Source of the DNA: the human T2T-CHM13v2.0 reference genome, Homo sapiens
Strand: one strand, 5' to 3'
Assembly (NCBI RefSeq): GCF_009914755.1
Contig: NC_060947.1
DNA: 64,000 nt
Shown piece after piece: positions 52,641 through 64,000 of this stretch; position 1 is the stretch's first letter, and each line of letters starts with the position of its first letter. The position numbers and the translations under genes were made by a program. The notes below the pieces were generated by a model. It saw only the letters and a list, made by a program, of their open reading frames with translations, made no database searches and had not been told where the DNA came from.

Positions 52641-55005
52641 TTCTCTGGGCCCCAGCACCTCCTTCTATAACACAGAGGTACTAAAGACTACCCCAAAAGC
52701 TCACATGTTATTTCTGAGGATCAGTTTATATGATGTATGTACCAGCATTTCATTAAGTGTAATGTGCAATATAAACACAAGCCATTTTTTATATTATAAT
52801 AGTGTTAAATGATTGACTTTGCAAACTTACTATCTGATTATTGATAAAAGTGTTTGGTTCTTATGCCACCACCATTCCTGATGCTGAAAAATGGTCTAGT
52901 TGTTTGTGGATTATTTCCAAATTATCATTCTCACTCATGCAGAAAAGTTGAAAATGCAAGCTGTGATGTGATGAAACATCCCCTTCTCTATCATAAAATT
53001 TTACTTAAAGGAAGAATTCTAACTGAAGTGCCATAAGAACATGATAAAGAGTCGAAGACTAGAAGTGCAAAATCACCCAAGCAAGTGTATAAACCTTAGA
53101 AATCCCAAGCAGTTGATATTTATCACACAGCTGAATGCTAATGCAGCCAGGAAAATAACATCAGCTCCAGATGCAGCTGTTAGGAATGTGCTGTGGGACA
53201 GGTCATCCGTGCTTTTCACCTGCCAAATGCATCCTTTAAAGGGAATGCTTGGTAAATATTGGTGAGAATAGGAACAGGGATAATTTAAACACCAACATTA
53301 ACTTTATCTTATTTTTCAAAGTACTCAGGCCTAAATAACACCTAAATATATTAACTTGGTGTTATTTTTCACATAGTAAATGGCTTTGAAATATTTTCAA
53401 GTATTCTCATCAGTAGTATAGAAAAAATATATAAAAGTTGGTTCCACAAACTGAAATGTAATTTGTTCTGTTTGAATTGTGCAAGTGATTTAGAAATATT
53501 TCTAGGTATTCAGGTAAAAGGAGTAGAAAATAATTGAAACAGACAAAAAGCTCCAATGTAAATTCTTTTGTGCCAAAATTATTTCTATCAGTTTGAATGA
53601 TCAAAATACTACAGATAATTTTCATTAGATAATCTTGTTTTCAGGATCTGATCCAACAACTTTTAGTGTAGTCCTTTCTGACACCACAAAGACAATACAA
53701 ATGTGAAAATTGAAATGTTTAGCTTGGTAATATGTTAATTATTTAAATTTTAAAGGTTAATTTCGTCAAAATAATGTCATTTTCATATTCTAGGAGACTA
53801 TCTCACCAAATGAAAGGAATACAATGGTAAGCATTACTACCATAAATACATCAATCCGAGTAAAAATAGCTATTAAATTTATTGTCCCAGGTTAGATTCT
53901 ATAAGAGTAGTTGCTGAGAAAGAGTTTGGAAACAAGATGCTTATTAGTGAAGATGAGAGGAAGAAATTGAATTGTGATGCTGGAAGCTTTGGAGTAATGC
54001 TTTTCAGAGTATCTCATGTTGGGCTGTAGAGGTTGTGCCTTCACATTCCCGCTTTGCTCAGTGAGAGATATGGGCTCTTCTGGGAAGGACGTGACCTGAC
54101 GAAAAAGTTCTATGTAGCTGAGGGCAACCCTGTATGGGCTTCCACGTGGAGGCTGCTTGCCAACACTCCCCATGGCTGAGCAGCAAGCCCTTCCTTATAA
54201 GTGGATCCGGGTATTGCATTTCCATGTCTATCAGAGTTCACACTTTATTCCACATACATATACTTCTCTATGCACATTTGGGAAAGAGCGCCTAGAAAAT
54301 TCCAGTGGCCATCTCTAAGAGGAACTTAGATGAAGGAGGTTAGTGAGACAAACTAGAGTCTCTGCTGCTACACTGGGACTCTGGACCACAACTGCTGTTC
54401 ATTTCCCTCCTCCACTTTCATCTTAAATAACCCCACCATCAACTACCATATATGTTGGGCTTAGTGGTTTATGCACTGGCATGACGCAGATCCTCACTCT
54501 GACACCCTTGAGTGCCTGGTCACTCTGCCCTTCCTGTAAAAGTGTGGCCACAACAGACTGTAAAAACTGCCTCTTTACAGTCACAATTGCACAAGGGGGT
54601 ACCAAGAAGTACTCAAGTGGATCACCTCGAATTCATGTACATTCCTCTAATGCTACCACTGTAGAAGCAGCCTTACTTCCTCCTCAGGATCAGAGTCAGG
54701 TTCTCCTGCCAAGACAGTGGCTCCTTTTGTATGCAATTGTACTTTATAAGTCAATGCCACTCTTGCTTTGTCCCTGGGGAAATTGTGCCCTCTTTTGGGA
54801 AAAAAGATGTCTAACCAGGCAGAGCCTAGAGTTGCAGGAGTGGACAGCATAACAGCCTCCAGTGGTCATTGGGAATAATAAGTGTTTGACAACTCCTGAT
54901 TCTACTTCTTAGTTTCCAGATAGTTTGTTTACTGGGAACACAATATCATATAAAGGTTGTTAATTTTGGGCATATAAAATATGCTGGGGGATGGAGTATT
55001 GCTTC

Positions 55006-55228
55006 TTTTTTTAAATTTTTTATTTATGATTATTATACTTTAAGTTTTAGGGTACATGTGCACAATGTGCAGGTTAGTTACATATGTATACATGTGCCAT
55101 GCTGGTGTGCTGCACCCACCAACTCGTCATCTAGCATTAGGTATATCTCCCAGTGCTATCCCTCCCCCCTCCCCCCAACCCACAACAGTCCCCAGAGTGT
55201 GATGTTCCCCTTCCTGTGTCCATGTGTC
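55006..55228 (-). mobile_element. Short young L1PA 3' end
   Basis: tatactttaagttttagggtacatgtgcac...catctagcattagg. Confidence 0.9.
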
Positions 55229-55343
55229 TGAGCTGCTGCTTCAGCTGTGCTTTCATCAGGCTGTGTTCCAACACTTTATTAGACTTGCAGATTCTGGATC
55301 ATAAAATATGTAATATGGCCAGTAGATCTTATGCTCAAGGGCC

Positions 55344-55633
55344 TGATATGGTTTGGCTCTGTGTCCCCACCCAAATCTCATCTCAAATTGTAATCCCCAT
55401 GTGTCAAGGGAGGGACCTGGTATGAAGTGATTAGATCATGGATCTCTCCTGTAGCCATGTAGGACGTGCCAGATTCCCCTTTAGCCTCTGCCATGATTTT
55501 AAGTTTCCTGAGGCCTCCCCCAGCCATGCCTCCTGTACAGCCCATAGAACTGCGAGTCAATTAAACCTCTCATCTTTATAAATTACCCAGTCATGGGTAG
55601 TTCTTTATAGCATTGCGAAAAGGGACTAATACA
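55344..55633 (+). mobile_element. MST-type solo LTR, internally shortened
   Basis: tgatatggtttggc...ctaataca. Confidence 0.85.
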
Positions 55634-56255
55634 GGCCCAATCCCACACGACCTTTGCTGTAAAGAGATGGTCAGTCTGCCTCTATGTTATGTGAAGCTAC
55701 ACACCAGGGGATCAAACATTGTATAAACCCTTGAACAAGGATTGCTAGTTGAGGACCTTTCAGGCAGTAAAGGCAAACCCATATCCAAAATAAGTGTCTG
55801 TTCCTATGTAAACAAGCCACTGGCCTTTCCAGGTTAGAAGGGGCCCACTGTAGTCAACTTGCCACCAACAAGTTGCTTGTGGCCCGTGAGAGGTATGAGA
55901 ACATATCAAGGCTAATAACCTGTTTGTTGTTGTTGCTTCTGCTGCCATGTTGAACAATCATTGGCTGCAGTAGCAATGACAGTCTTGATCTGTGGGTGTC
56001 CATGCTGTTGGGCAAATTCATAGCCTCCACCTCTGCCACCGTGGCTACATCGTTCACGTGGCCATAGTTCTAGGACTGGGATGGCTAATGACAGTGGCAG
56101 TCTGACCTCAACTAGTCAGGTAGGTCACTGTCTACTTTGCTGTTTAATGCCTCTGCCATGGAGGATGATTTCTGTTCGGTGTTAACACGTGATACAAAAA
56201 GCTCCAATTCATACTTCATGCCCACTCTGTGTGTCCATCCACACATCTCTACCTA

Positions 56256-56755
<500 letters not shown>

Positions 56756-57827
56756 TCAAGGTCATTATGTGTGAGTCTATAATTCCACTAGAATCCACTT
56801 ATCAACTTGCGCCCGCATACTAAGCTAGTCCATGAGTAAACAAATCTGTGGTGGCTTTTTATTCTCTTCCTTCAGCTGGTAATGTAGAATTCTCCCATGC
56901 AGTCATAGCTGTGAGCTGAGGGAGTGATACTGATGTAACGGTGATAGCTACTATGCAGCTTACTTGTGGCTACTACTCCTATTCATGCTCTATCCCGGAT
57001 GCACCACTGCCATTCCACATTACATGTTTTTTCTGGGTTTACTCAGTCAGATTTGATGATGTTCACAGGCTCTAATTCACGATCAGTAGTTCTGGCTATA
57101 TGGACACTTAGTGTTCTATGGGAAATAGTTCCATTTCTATCAGGGGCCAGTAACACACTAGAAGTTGTTTTTCTAAACGAATATAATTTGTTGCTGATGC
57201 CATGGCCTTGTTCCAGACCTCTAGGAGCCTGTATTGTGATTATTCTACTAGGGCTTGCCACAATTTCCATACAGCACCTTTTCCCACTGTTGATGATTTC
57301 AACATGAAGTGTTTGCCAAATCTTATGGCCTAAGCAGTAAGACTGCTTGCACTACAGTATGGAACTGTTGCAGAGCCCTTTTATCCTCTGAGTTCTTTTC
57401 AAAGCTGGCAGCCTTTTATGTCACAAAATAATTGGGTGGGAATAGTATTCCAAAGTGTGAAATATGCTGCTTTTAGACTTGAAAAGACCAACTTGTCCTT
57501 TACTTTGGAGGGAATGTCCCAGCACGGGACTAGTGGACTCCTACAATTTTAAGGGCATGGCTGGCCCTGAATCTTTGTAGAGGTTCCCTCTTATCTTTCG
57601 AGTTTGTGTGTCTTTCCAAGTCTTCTATGTGCTAGCCATTTCTTGCTTCTTTCTCTACTCTCAAAAAGGTCAGCTGACTTTCACACCTGGCTTTTAATTC
57701 TGTTACTTGCTCTCAGCTGTTTGTTATTGTACCGCATCAATCACATTTAGCTATAGCCACCCAATCCCATTATCTTATTTTTAAATGAGGGATCCTCACC
57801 CCATTCCAGGATCAGGGTGGGTTTAAT

Positions 57828-58595
57828 CTTTTAACAGCTTTTTTGAGATATAATTCTTATGTTATATATAATTGACCAATTCAAAGTCTACATTCAGTGT
57901 TTTTTAGTATATTCGCAGTGTTGCACTACCATCACCATGATCTAACTTTATAGTATTTTTGTTCCCCTTGAAAGAAACCCATACCCATTAGCAGTCACCC
58001 CTACTCTGTACCCTAAAAAAACACTAATTAGCTTTCTATCTCTATGAATATATCTGTTCTGGATATAAAATAATACAATATGCATGGGGGGGTTGTGACT
58101 GGATTCTTTCATTTAGTGCATTTTTAAGGTTCATACATGTGGTAGTATGTTTCAGTACTTCATATATTTTTATTTTTGAATAATATTCAATTATATTGAT
58201 ACAGCACATTTTATTTATCCATTCATTAGTTGGTGGGCATTTAGGTTGATTCTACTTTTGGTTATTATGAATAATGTTGCTATGAACATTTCAATACAAG
58301 TTTTTGTGTAGAAATATGTTTCATTTCTTAGGTATATAACTAGGAGTAAAATTACAGGATCATATGGTAACTGCATGGTTAGCTTTTTGAGGAACTTTTT
58401 TCCAAAGTGACTGGACCATTTTATATTTCCACAAGCAAAATATGAAGGTTTCAGTTTTTTCACATGCCTGTAAACACTTACTATTGTATTTCTTTTTCAT
58501 TATAACCATCCTGAGTGTGAACTTGTATCTCATTGTGGTTTTGATTTGCACTTCCCTAATGACTGATGATGTTGAGCATATTTTCATGTGCTCCA
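57828..58595 (-). mobile_element. L1MB 3' end
   Basis: ttaacagctttttgagatataatt...; ORF2 tail LPYDPVILLL. Confidence 0.8.
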
Positions 58596-58634
58596 CTATC
58601 CTTTTATCTAATATTTTCTCCATAAGTAACACAC

Positions 58635-58714
58635 ATCTAGTACATTGCACTTGCTAGGCCATTTCTAGTACATTGCACCTGCTAGGGCATTTCTAGTGCA
58701 TTGCACCTGCTAGG
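58635..58714. repeat. 28-bp tandem repeat, ~3 copies
   Basis: tctagtacattgcac(t/c)tgctagg.catt. Confidence 0.85.
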
Positions 58715-60428
58715 AGGGTGTACCCTCCTGATTTGCCACTAGTGAAAGTTTTAACAATTTAACAGCCACCTTGTGCCAAAAGCTCACCACGGTCCACTTA
58801 TCATCACTTATCACCAGGAGTCCTCCTCGTAGCCAGTAGGGTGGTGAGTGACCCAGCTCTAAAACACCATCTTATTGCCTGCTTTCTCAGATCACTCCTG
58901 GTACCAACGGTTGCTGATTGGGTTTTACAGAAGGAGATGTGAAACAGAGTTTGAGGTACAAAATATTTATTAGGAATCAACCTCTGTTAAAGGAGGTGGA
59001 AAGAGTAAGATGAGGCAGAGGGAGAAGTCAAACTGAAATGCAGGCCTGACAGCATTCTCCAACCTGGCGGGGAGCTCTGGAGCAACAATTGCTTATCATA
59101 CTGTCCTGATTTGGGCCAAAATGGTCAGGCCTTTATGCCTGCCACTGACCCAGCCACCAGATGTGGGCTGCCCTCAGAAGTATGCGACTTTGATAAAGGT
59201 ATTCTCTGCCTCGGAAGCAAAAGTGGAAAGAGCTGATAGCTAGTCTGTCTTCTTACTTCTCTCTCGAAAGCTAAGCATCAGATTTTTCCTTCCATAAAAT
59301 CTGGGTGTCTCATCACCATGTCTATTGCATATGTTATATTTTGATGCAATTTAGAGGCCTTCTTAATAGTTGTTATATTTCATTAAGTAGCTTGTGGTCA
59401 TGTTGAATAGTCTCCAAACATTCAACAATTGGGGCATGAATATGAAGTGTTGATAGATAACATATGCAGGGTTAATTTTCTCTTTTCGGTTATATTCTTA
59501 TTTGCATATATTTATATTTTTGCTGCCTTTTTATTATTCTCTACAAATAGAAGTACGAACTGGTTTCTCTGGATGAAACATAAAATTGTATAGCTTGAGA
59601 GGTTCACCTGGCCTTGAATGAAAAAAATAGAAAAAAAAATATATTTATCCATCCATCCACCTATCCATCTTTCTTTCTTTCTTGCCTGCTGGTTTTTATT
59701 GTTTAACATTTTTCTTAAATTTAGGTATTGTTTAAAATGATTTTTTGTCCTTTGATAACTCTGGTCTGTGACAGTCACTTAATTTCATGCCAAAAAAGTT
59801 TATTGCAAAATGAAAGGTAAAATTTCAGCCAGAGTTCCACTAGCCTTGAGGGGGGACCATAGACATATTTCTCACATTTTTCTAGCCTTTTCTGTAATTT
59901 GACCTTTTGATATTAGGATATGACTCTTTCAATATTCAATCCAAATATGTCAAATGCACTGATTTTTCATGTCTTGGGCATTCCCTCTTTGGTGCAGAGT
60001 TACCTGACATAAAATGTAATACAATATGCTCTTTGAAGAACCTATGTCAATTTAAGCAATATTGCTACAGAGAAATACATTTACTTATGAAAGGCAAATT
60101 GAATTTTAATTTCTACCTTAAATGGCAGATACACTCCCCATTTAGACTTAATACAAAGTAGTTTTCAAATATGCTTATGTAGAGGTGAATAATAATAGAT
60201 CATTTTAATACACACTTATATATTGCTTACTAGGAAATGACTTTCTCATACAGTATGTATTTGATTTTTTCGCAATAAGTAGACATTTCATTTGATTTGC
60301 TCTAATAGCTTCAATATTTAATAGCTTGTATATTTGTTAAGCTAAAAAAGGTCCAGTGGCTGTCTCTTACTCTTAAGTAATTTACACTGGCTGTACTTTC
60401 AATGCTTTTACTTCAATGTTTGTGCATA

Positions 60429-60801
60429 TGTATTAGTCCGTTTTCATGCTGCTAATAAACATATACCTGAGACTGGGTAATTTATAAAGGAAAGAGGTTT
60501 AAATGACTCACAGTTCAGCATGGCTGCGGAGGCTTTGGGAAACCTACAATCATGGCAGAAGAGGAAGTAAACAGGTCCTTCTCGACATGGCAGCAGCAGG
60601 GAGAAGTGTCAAGCAAAAGGGGGAAAGCCCCTTATGAAACCTTCAGATCTCGTGAGAACGCACTATCACGAGAAAAGCAGCATGGGGATAACCACCCCAT
60701 GATTCAATTACTTCCCACAGGATCCCTCCCACAACACGTGAGGATTATGGGAACTACAATTCAAGGTGAGATTTGGGTGGGGACAGAGTCAAACCATATC
60801 A
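60429..60801 (-). mobile_element. THE1 solo LTR
   Basis: tgtattag...catatca; perfect TSD gcata. Confidence 0.92.
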
Positions 60802-61384
60802 GCATATTTTCTGAAAATTTTGAATTTCAGTGAATTGAAAGGTAAAGGAAAGTGAATTTTAAGTATCAAAAAGAATGAGTGCTTATGTAACAGTTGAGGT
60901 GCACGTGCTCTCTTTCTCTCTTACACACACGTGCACGCACACACATGCACACACACACACACACACAGAACGTAGGCTTCTATGCCACATCAGCATATCT
61001 GGGAGTCTATTTGAATAGACCATGTAAAATGTATTGGAGTGGATAATGGCGAGACTGGAAATGGGTCAATGGGTCTATCTCACATACTGGAATAATAGGC
61101 TTATGTCTGACCCTGTAAGTCTGGAACAAACCTTTTGTCAATGAAAAAAAAAATTCCTCTGTAAGAATACAGCTGTCTATAATGAACAACTAGTAATTTT
61201 GGGCCATGCTTCCTTTAAAACTCTCTTCAATCCTGGAAAACCCTGCAGAAAGGTGATTTTAAAAAAAATTTTTTTGTAGAAACGGGGGTGTCCCTATGTG
61301 CTGGTCCCAAACTCCAGGCCTCAAGCAATCCTCCCACCTCAGCATCCCAAAGTACTGGGATTATAGGCATTAGGAATCACTCCC

Positions 61385-61461
61385 AATTGTTAAAACTATA
61401 GTTTTAACAATTATTTTTTAACAATACAATTAATGTGTTGTTAAAACTATAGTTTTAACAA
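61385..61461. repeat. Two copies of a perfect palindrome
   Basis: aattgttaaaactatagttttaacaatt (61385-61412) and ttgttaaaactatagttttaacaa (61438-61461). Confidence 0.9.
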
Positions 61462-61526
61462 TACATTATATATTATATATATTTATTCCATTAGTTCTGT
61501 CCCTCTAGAGAGCCCTGACTAATACA

Positions 61527-63940
61527 CTTGCCCTGTACCAGACCTTAGAGGGCAAGATTTCATTTTCCCCCATTGATTATGACATTAGCTGTGGGTTATT
61601 TCATATATGGCTTTTATTGTGCTGAGGTAAGTTCCTTCTATGCCTACTTTGTTGAGAGTTTTAATCATAAATGGATGTTGAACTTTGTCAAGTGCTTTTT
61701 CTGAGTCTATTGAGATGATTATGTGGTTCTTTTTCTTTCATGTTTTAATGTGTTGCATTGCATTGATTGCTTTGTGTATGTATATTGACCCATCCTACAT
61801 GTCAGAGATAAATTCCATGTGGTCATGGTGTATGATCCTTTTAATATTCTGTTGAAATCAGTTTGCTAGTATTTAATTGAGGATTTTTACTCTTATGTTA
61901 TCAGGGATTTTGGTCTGTAGTTTTCTTGTAGTGTCTTTGCCTGATTTTTATGACAGAGTGATGTTGACTTCATAGAATGGGTTTGGAATTATTCTCATTT
62001 TTCTGTTTTTTTGGAAGAGTTTAAGAAGGATTGGTATTAATTCTTCTTTAAGTGTTTCACTGAGGCCATCTGGTCCTGGTGAAGCAGTCTCATTGTCTGA
62101 GGTATTACCTGAAGCTCTTTGTCTCACGACCAAGGAGTGTGGACACCAAGGGTGAGTTTGAGTGAAAGTTTAATAAGCGAAAGAGGGAAGCTCTCCACTG
62201 GGGAGAGGGGGCCTGAGAGAGATGCCATTTCAGAGTTGACTACAAAGGTTTTTTTGAGGGACTTGGTGGGGCCGGGGGATCTCTTTGCATAAGGCACAAA
62301 AAGACAGGTTAGGGCTGGGTGTCTTAATTTGTATAAGGTGTGGATTTCTGACAGCTCCACCCCATCCCTCTAGTGTGCATGTGGACCCTTAGCATGAGTT
62401 ACTGTTCTAAGTAACTCTGTTTCCCTTACTGTGCATGTGTTAGGAGATGGAATTTTCTATTGCAGATACGTTTAGTTCTGTACAACTCCTCTTATCTGTG
62501 CAGCTGCGAGCATGTCTTAGCCAACTCCCGCCCCCCCGACCCTGTGGAAGTTCTCTTATCTGAGTATGCCCAAAAAAGGAAAGGAATGTATCCACTGGAG
62601 CCCACTGTGTGTATGTGAAACTTATTGGTTACAACAAAGATGTTTTATGTTGGACCTTGCCTCCTTATCTGTGCTTGCAGCTTGAGTTTTCAGGCTGCTC
62701 TTTTGTTAGAAAGAATTCTACCAAGGACCTTGCTCTAACTATCTGCCTAACTGTTTCCTTACTTTCTCCTTTCTCACGGGGCTTTTCTATGCTGTGAAAT
62801 TTTTGATTAGTGATTCAATCACCTTATTTGTTATTGTTCTGTTCAGATTTCCTATTTCATCTTGATTCAGTTTTAGTAAGCTATGTGTTTTAGGAATATT
62901 TCCACTTCTTCTAGGTTATCTAGTTGTTGGCATATAATTATTCATAATAGACCCTTAAAATCCTTTTTGAGTTTTGAGACATACATGGTAATGTCTCCTT
63001 TTGCATTTCTGATTTTAATTATTTGAACCTTATCTCTTTTTTCTTAGTTAGTGTAGCCAAGGATTTGTTGATTTTATTTATCTTTTGAAAAACCAACTTT
63101 TATTTTTTCTATTTTTTAATATTCTCAATTTTATTTCTTCTCTACTCTTTATTGTTTCCTTTTTTCTGCTAACTTTGGACTTAGGTTGTTTTTCTTTTTT
63201 TAGTTCCTTGAGGTATAAAGTTAGGTTGTTTATTTGAGATCTTTCTGCTTTTTTAAGGTAGGCGTTTATTGCTATAAACTTCCCTCTTAGTGCTGCTTTT
63301 GCTGAATCCCATGGGTTTTGGTATATTGTGTTTTCACTTTGTTTTTCTCAAGGTACTTTTCAAATTCCGTTTTGATTTTCTCTTTGACCCAATGGTTGTT
63401 CAAGAGTGTGTTGTTTAGTTTCCACATATTTGTGAATATCCACTTTTCCTACTGTTAATTTAGTTAATTTAATTTAGTTTCACTCCACCGTGGTCCGAGA
63501 TGATACTTGGAATGATTTTTGATCTTCTTAAATCTGTTAAGACTTGTTTTGTGACCTAACAGGTTCTTGGAGAATGTTCCATGTGCACTTGAGAAAAATG
63601 TGTATTATTTTGCTTTTAGGTGGAAAGTTTTGTATATGTCTGTTGGTTCCATTTGCTCTATAATGTTGCTCCAGTCAGCTGTTTCTTTATTGATTTTCTG
63701 TCTGGATGTTCTATCCCTTATTGTAAGTGGGTTATTAAAGTCACCTACTATTATTTTGTTGCTGTCAATTTATTATTTGTGATGTGTCAATATTTACTTT
63801 ATATTTTGGGTGCTCTGATGTTGGGTAGGTATATATTTATAATTGTTATAAGTCCCTACTGAATGGACCCTTGCTTCATTATATAATGACCTTTTTTTCC
63901 CTCTAGAGACAGTGTTAGACTTCAAATCTATTTTGTCTAA
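61527..63940 (-). mobile_element. Old L1 ORF2 (EN to RT start) interrupted by an ERV1 LTR (~62080-62776)
   Basis: [20 protein letters not shown] remnant; LTR with TG...CA termini and GC-rich interior. Confidence 0.8.
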
Positions 63941-63954
63941 GGATCACCACTGTA

Positions 63955-63956
<2 letters not shown>

Positions 63957-64000
<44 letters not shown>
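63957..64000. repeat. (TA)n microsatellite running off the window
   Basis: Direct read. Confidence 0.95.

Noticed and set aside
52850-53280. Non-repeat stretch with 60-74 aa ORFs as a possible exon or enhancer
   Set aside because: No recognisable homology or convincing splice structure; conservation cannot be judged from one sequence.

Overview
AT-rich, gene-poor, repeat-dense human genomic DNA; two human-specific AluYa5 copies are present. I find no intact protein-coding gene and no evidence of a new multi-gene system. The main feature is a ~4.6 kb processed radixin (RDX) retrocopy at 11457-16081 with a twin-priming 5' inversion. Most of its CDS (from about codon 22 to ...ARDET) reads on +, while the last ~39 codons, a long 3' UTR, AATAAA and a short A-tail read on -. 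Both parts sit inside one perfect 14-bp target-site duplication (TSD), and two Alus lie within it. Also present are an L1PA4/5-type element with full 5' UTR, an ORF0 remnant and a ~2 kb RT deletion, sitting in an Alu A-tail; several multi-level nested TE stacks with readable TSDs; two convergent ERVL (LTR16/HERV16-like) relics; and small non-TE duplications and palindromes. Nearly all ORF-track entries are Alu, L1, LTR or microsatellite artefacts. Subfamily names come from remembered consensus sequences, and boundaries of old repeats are approximate.
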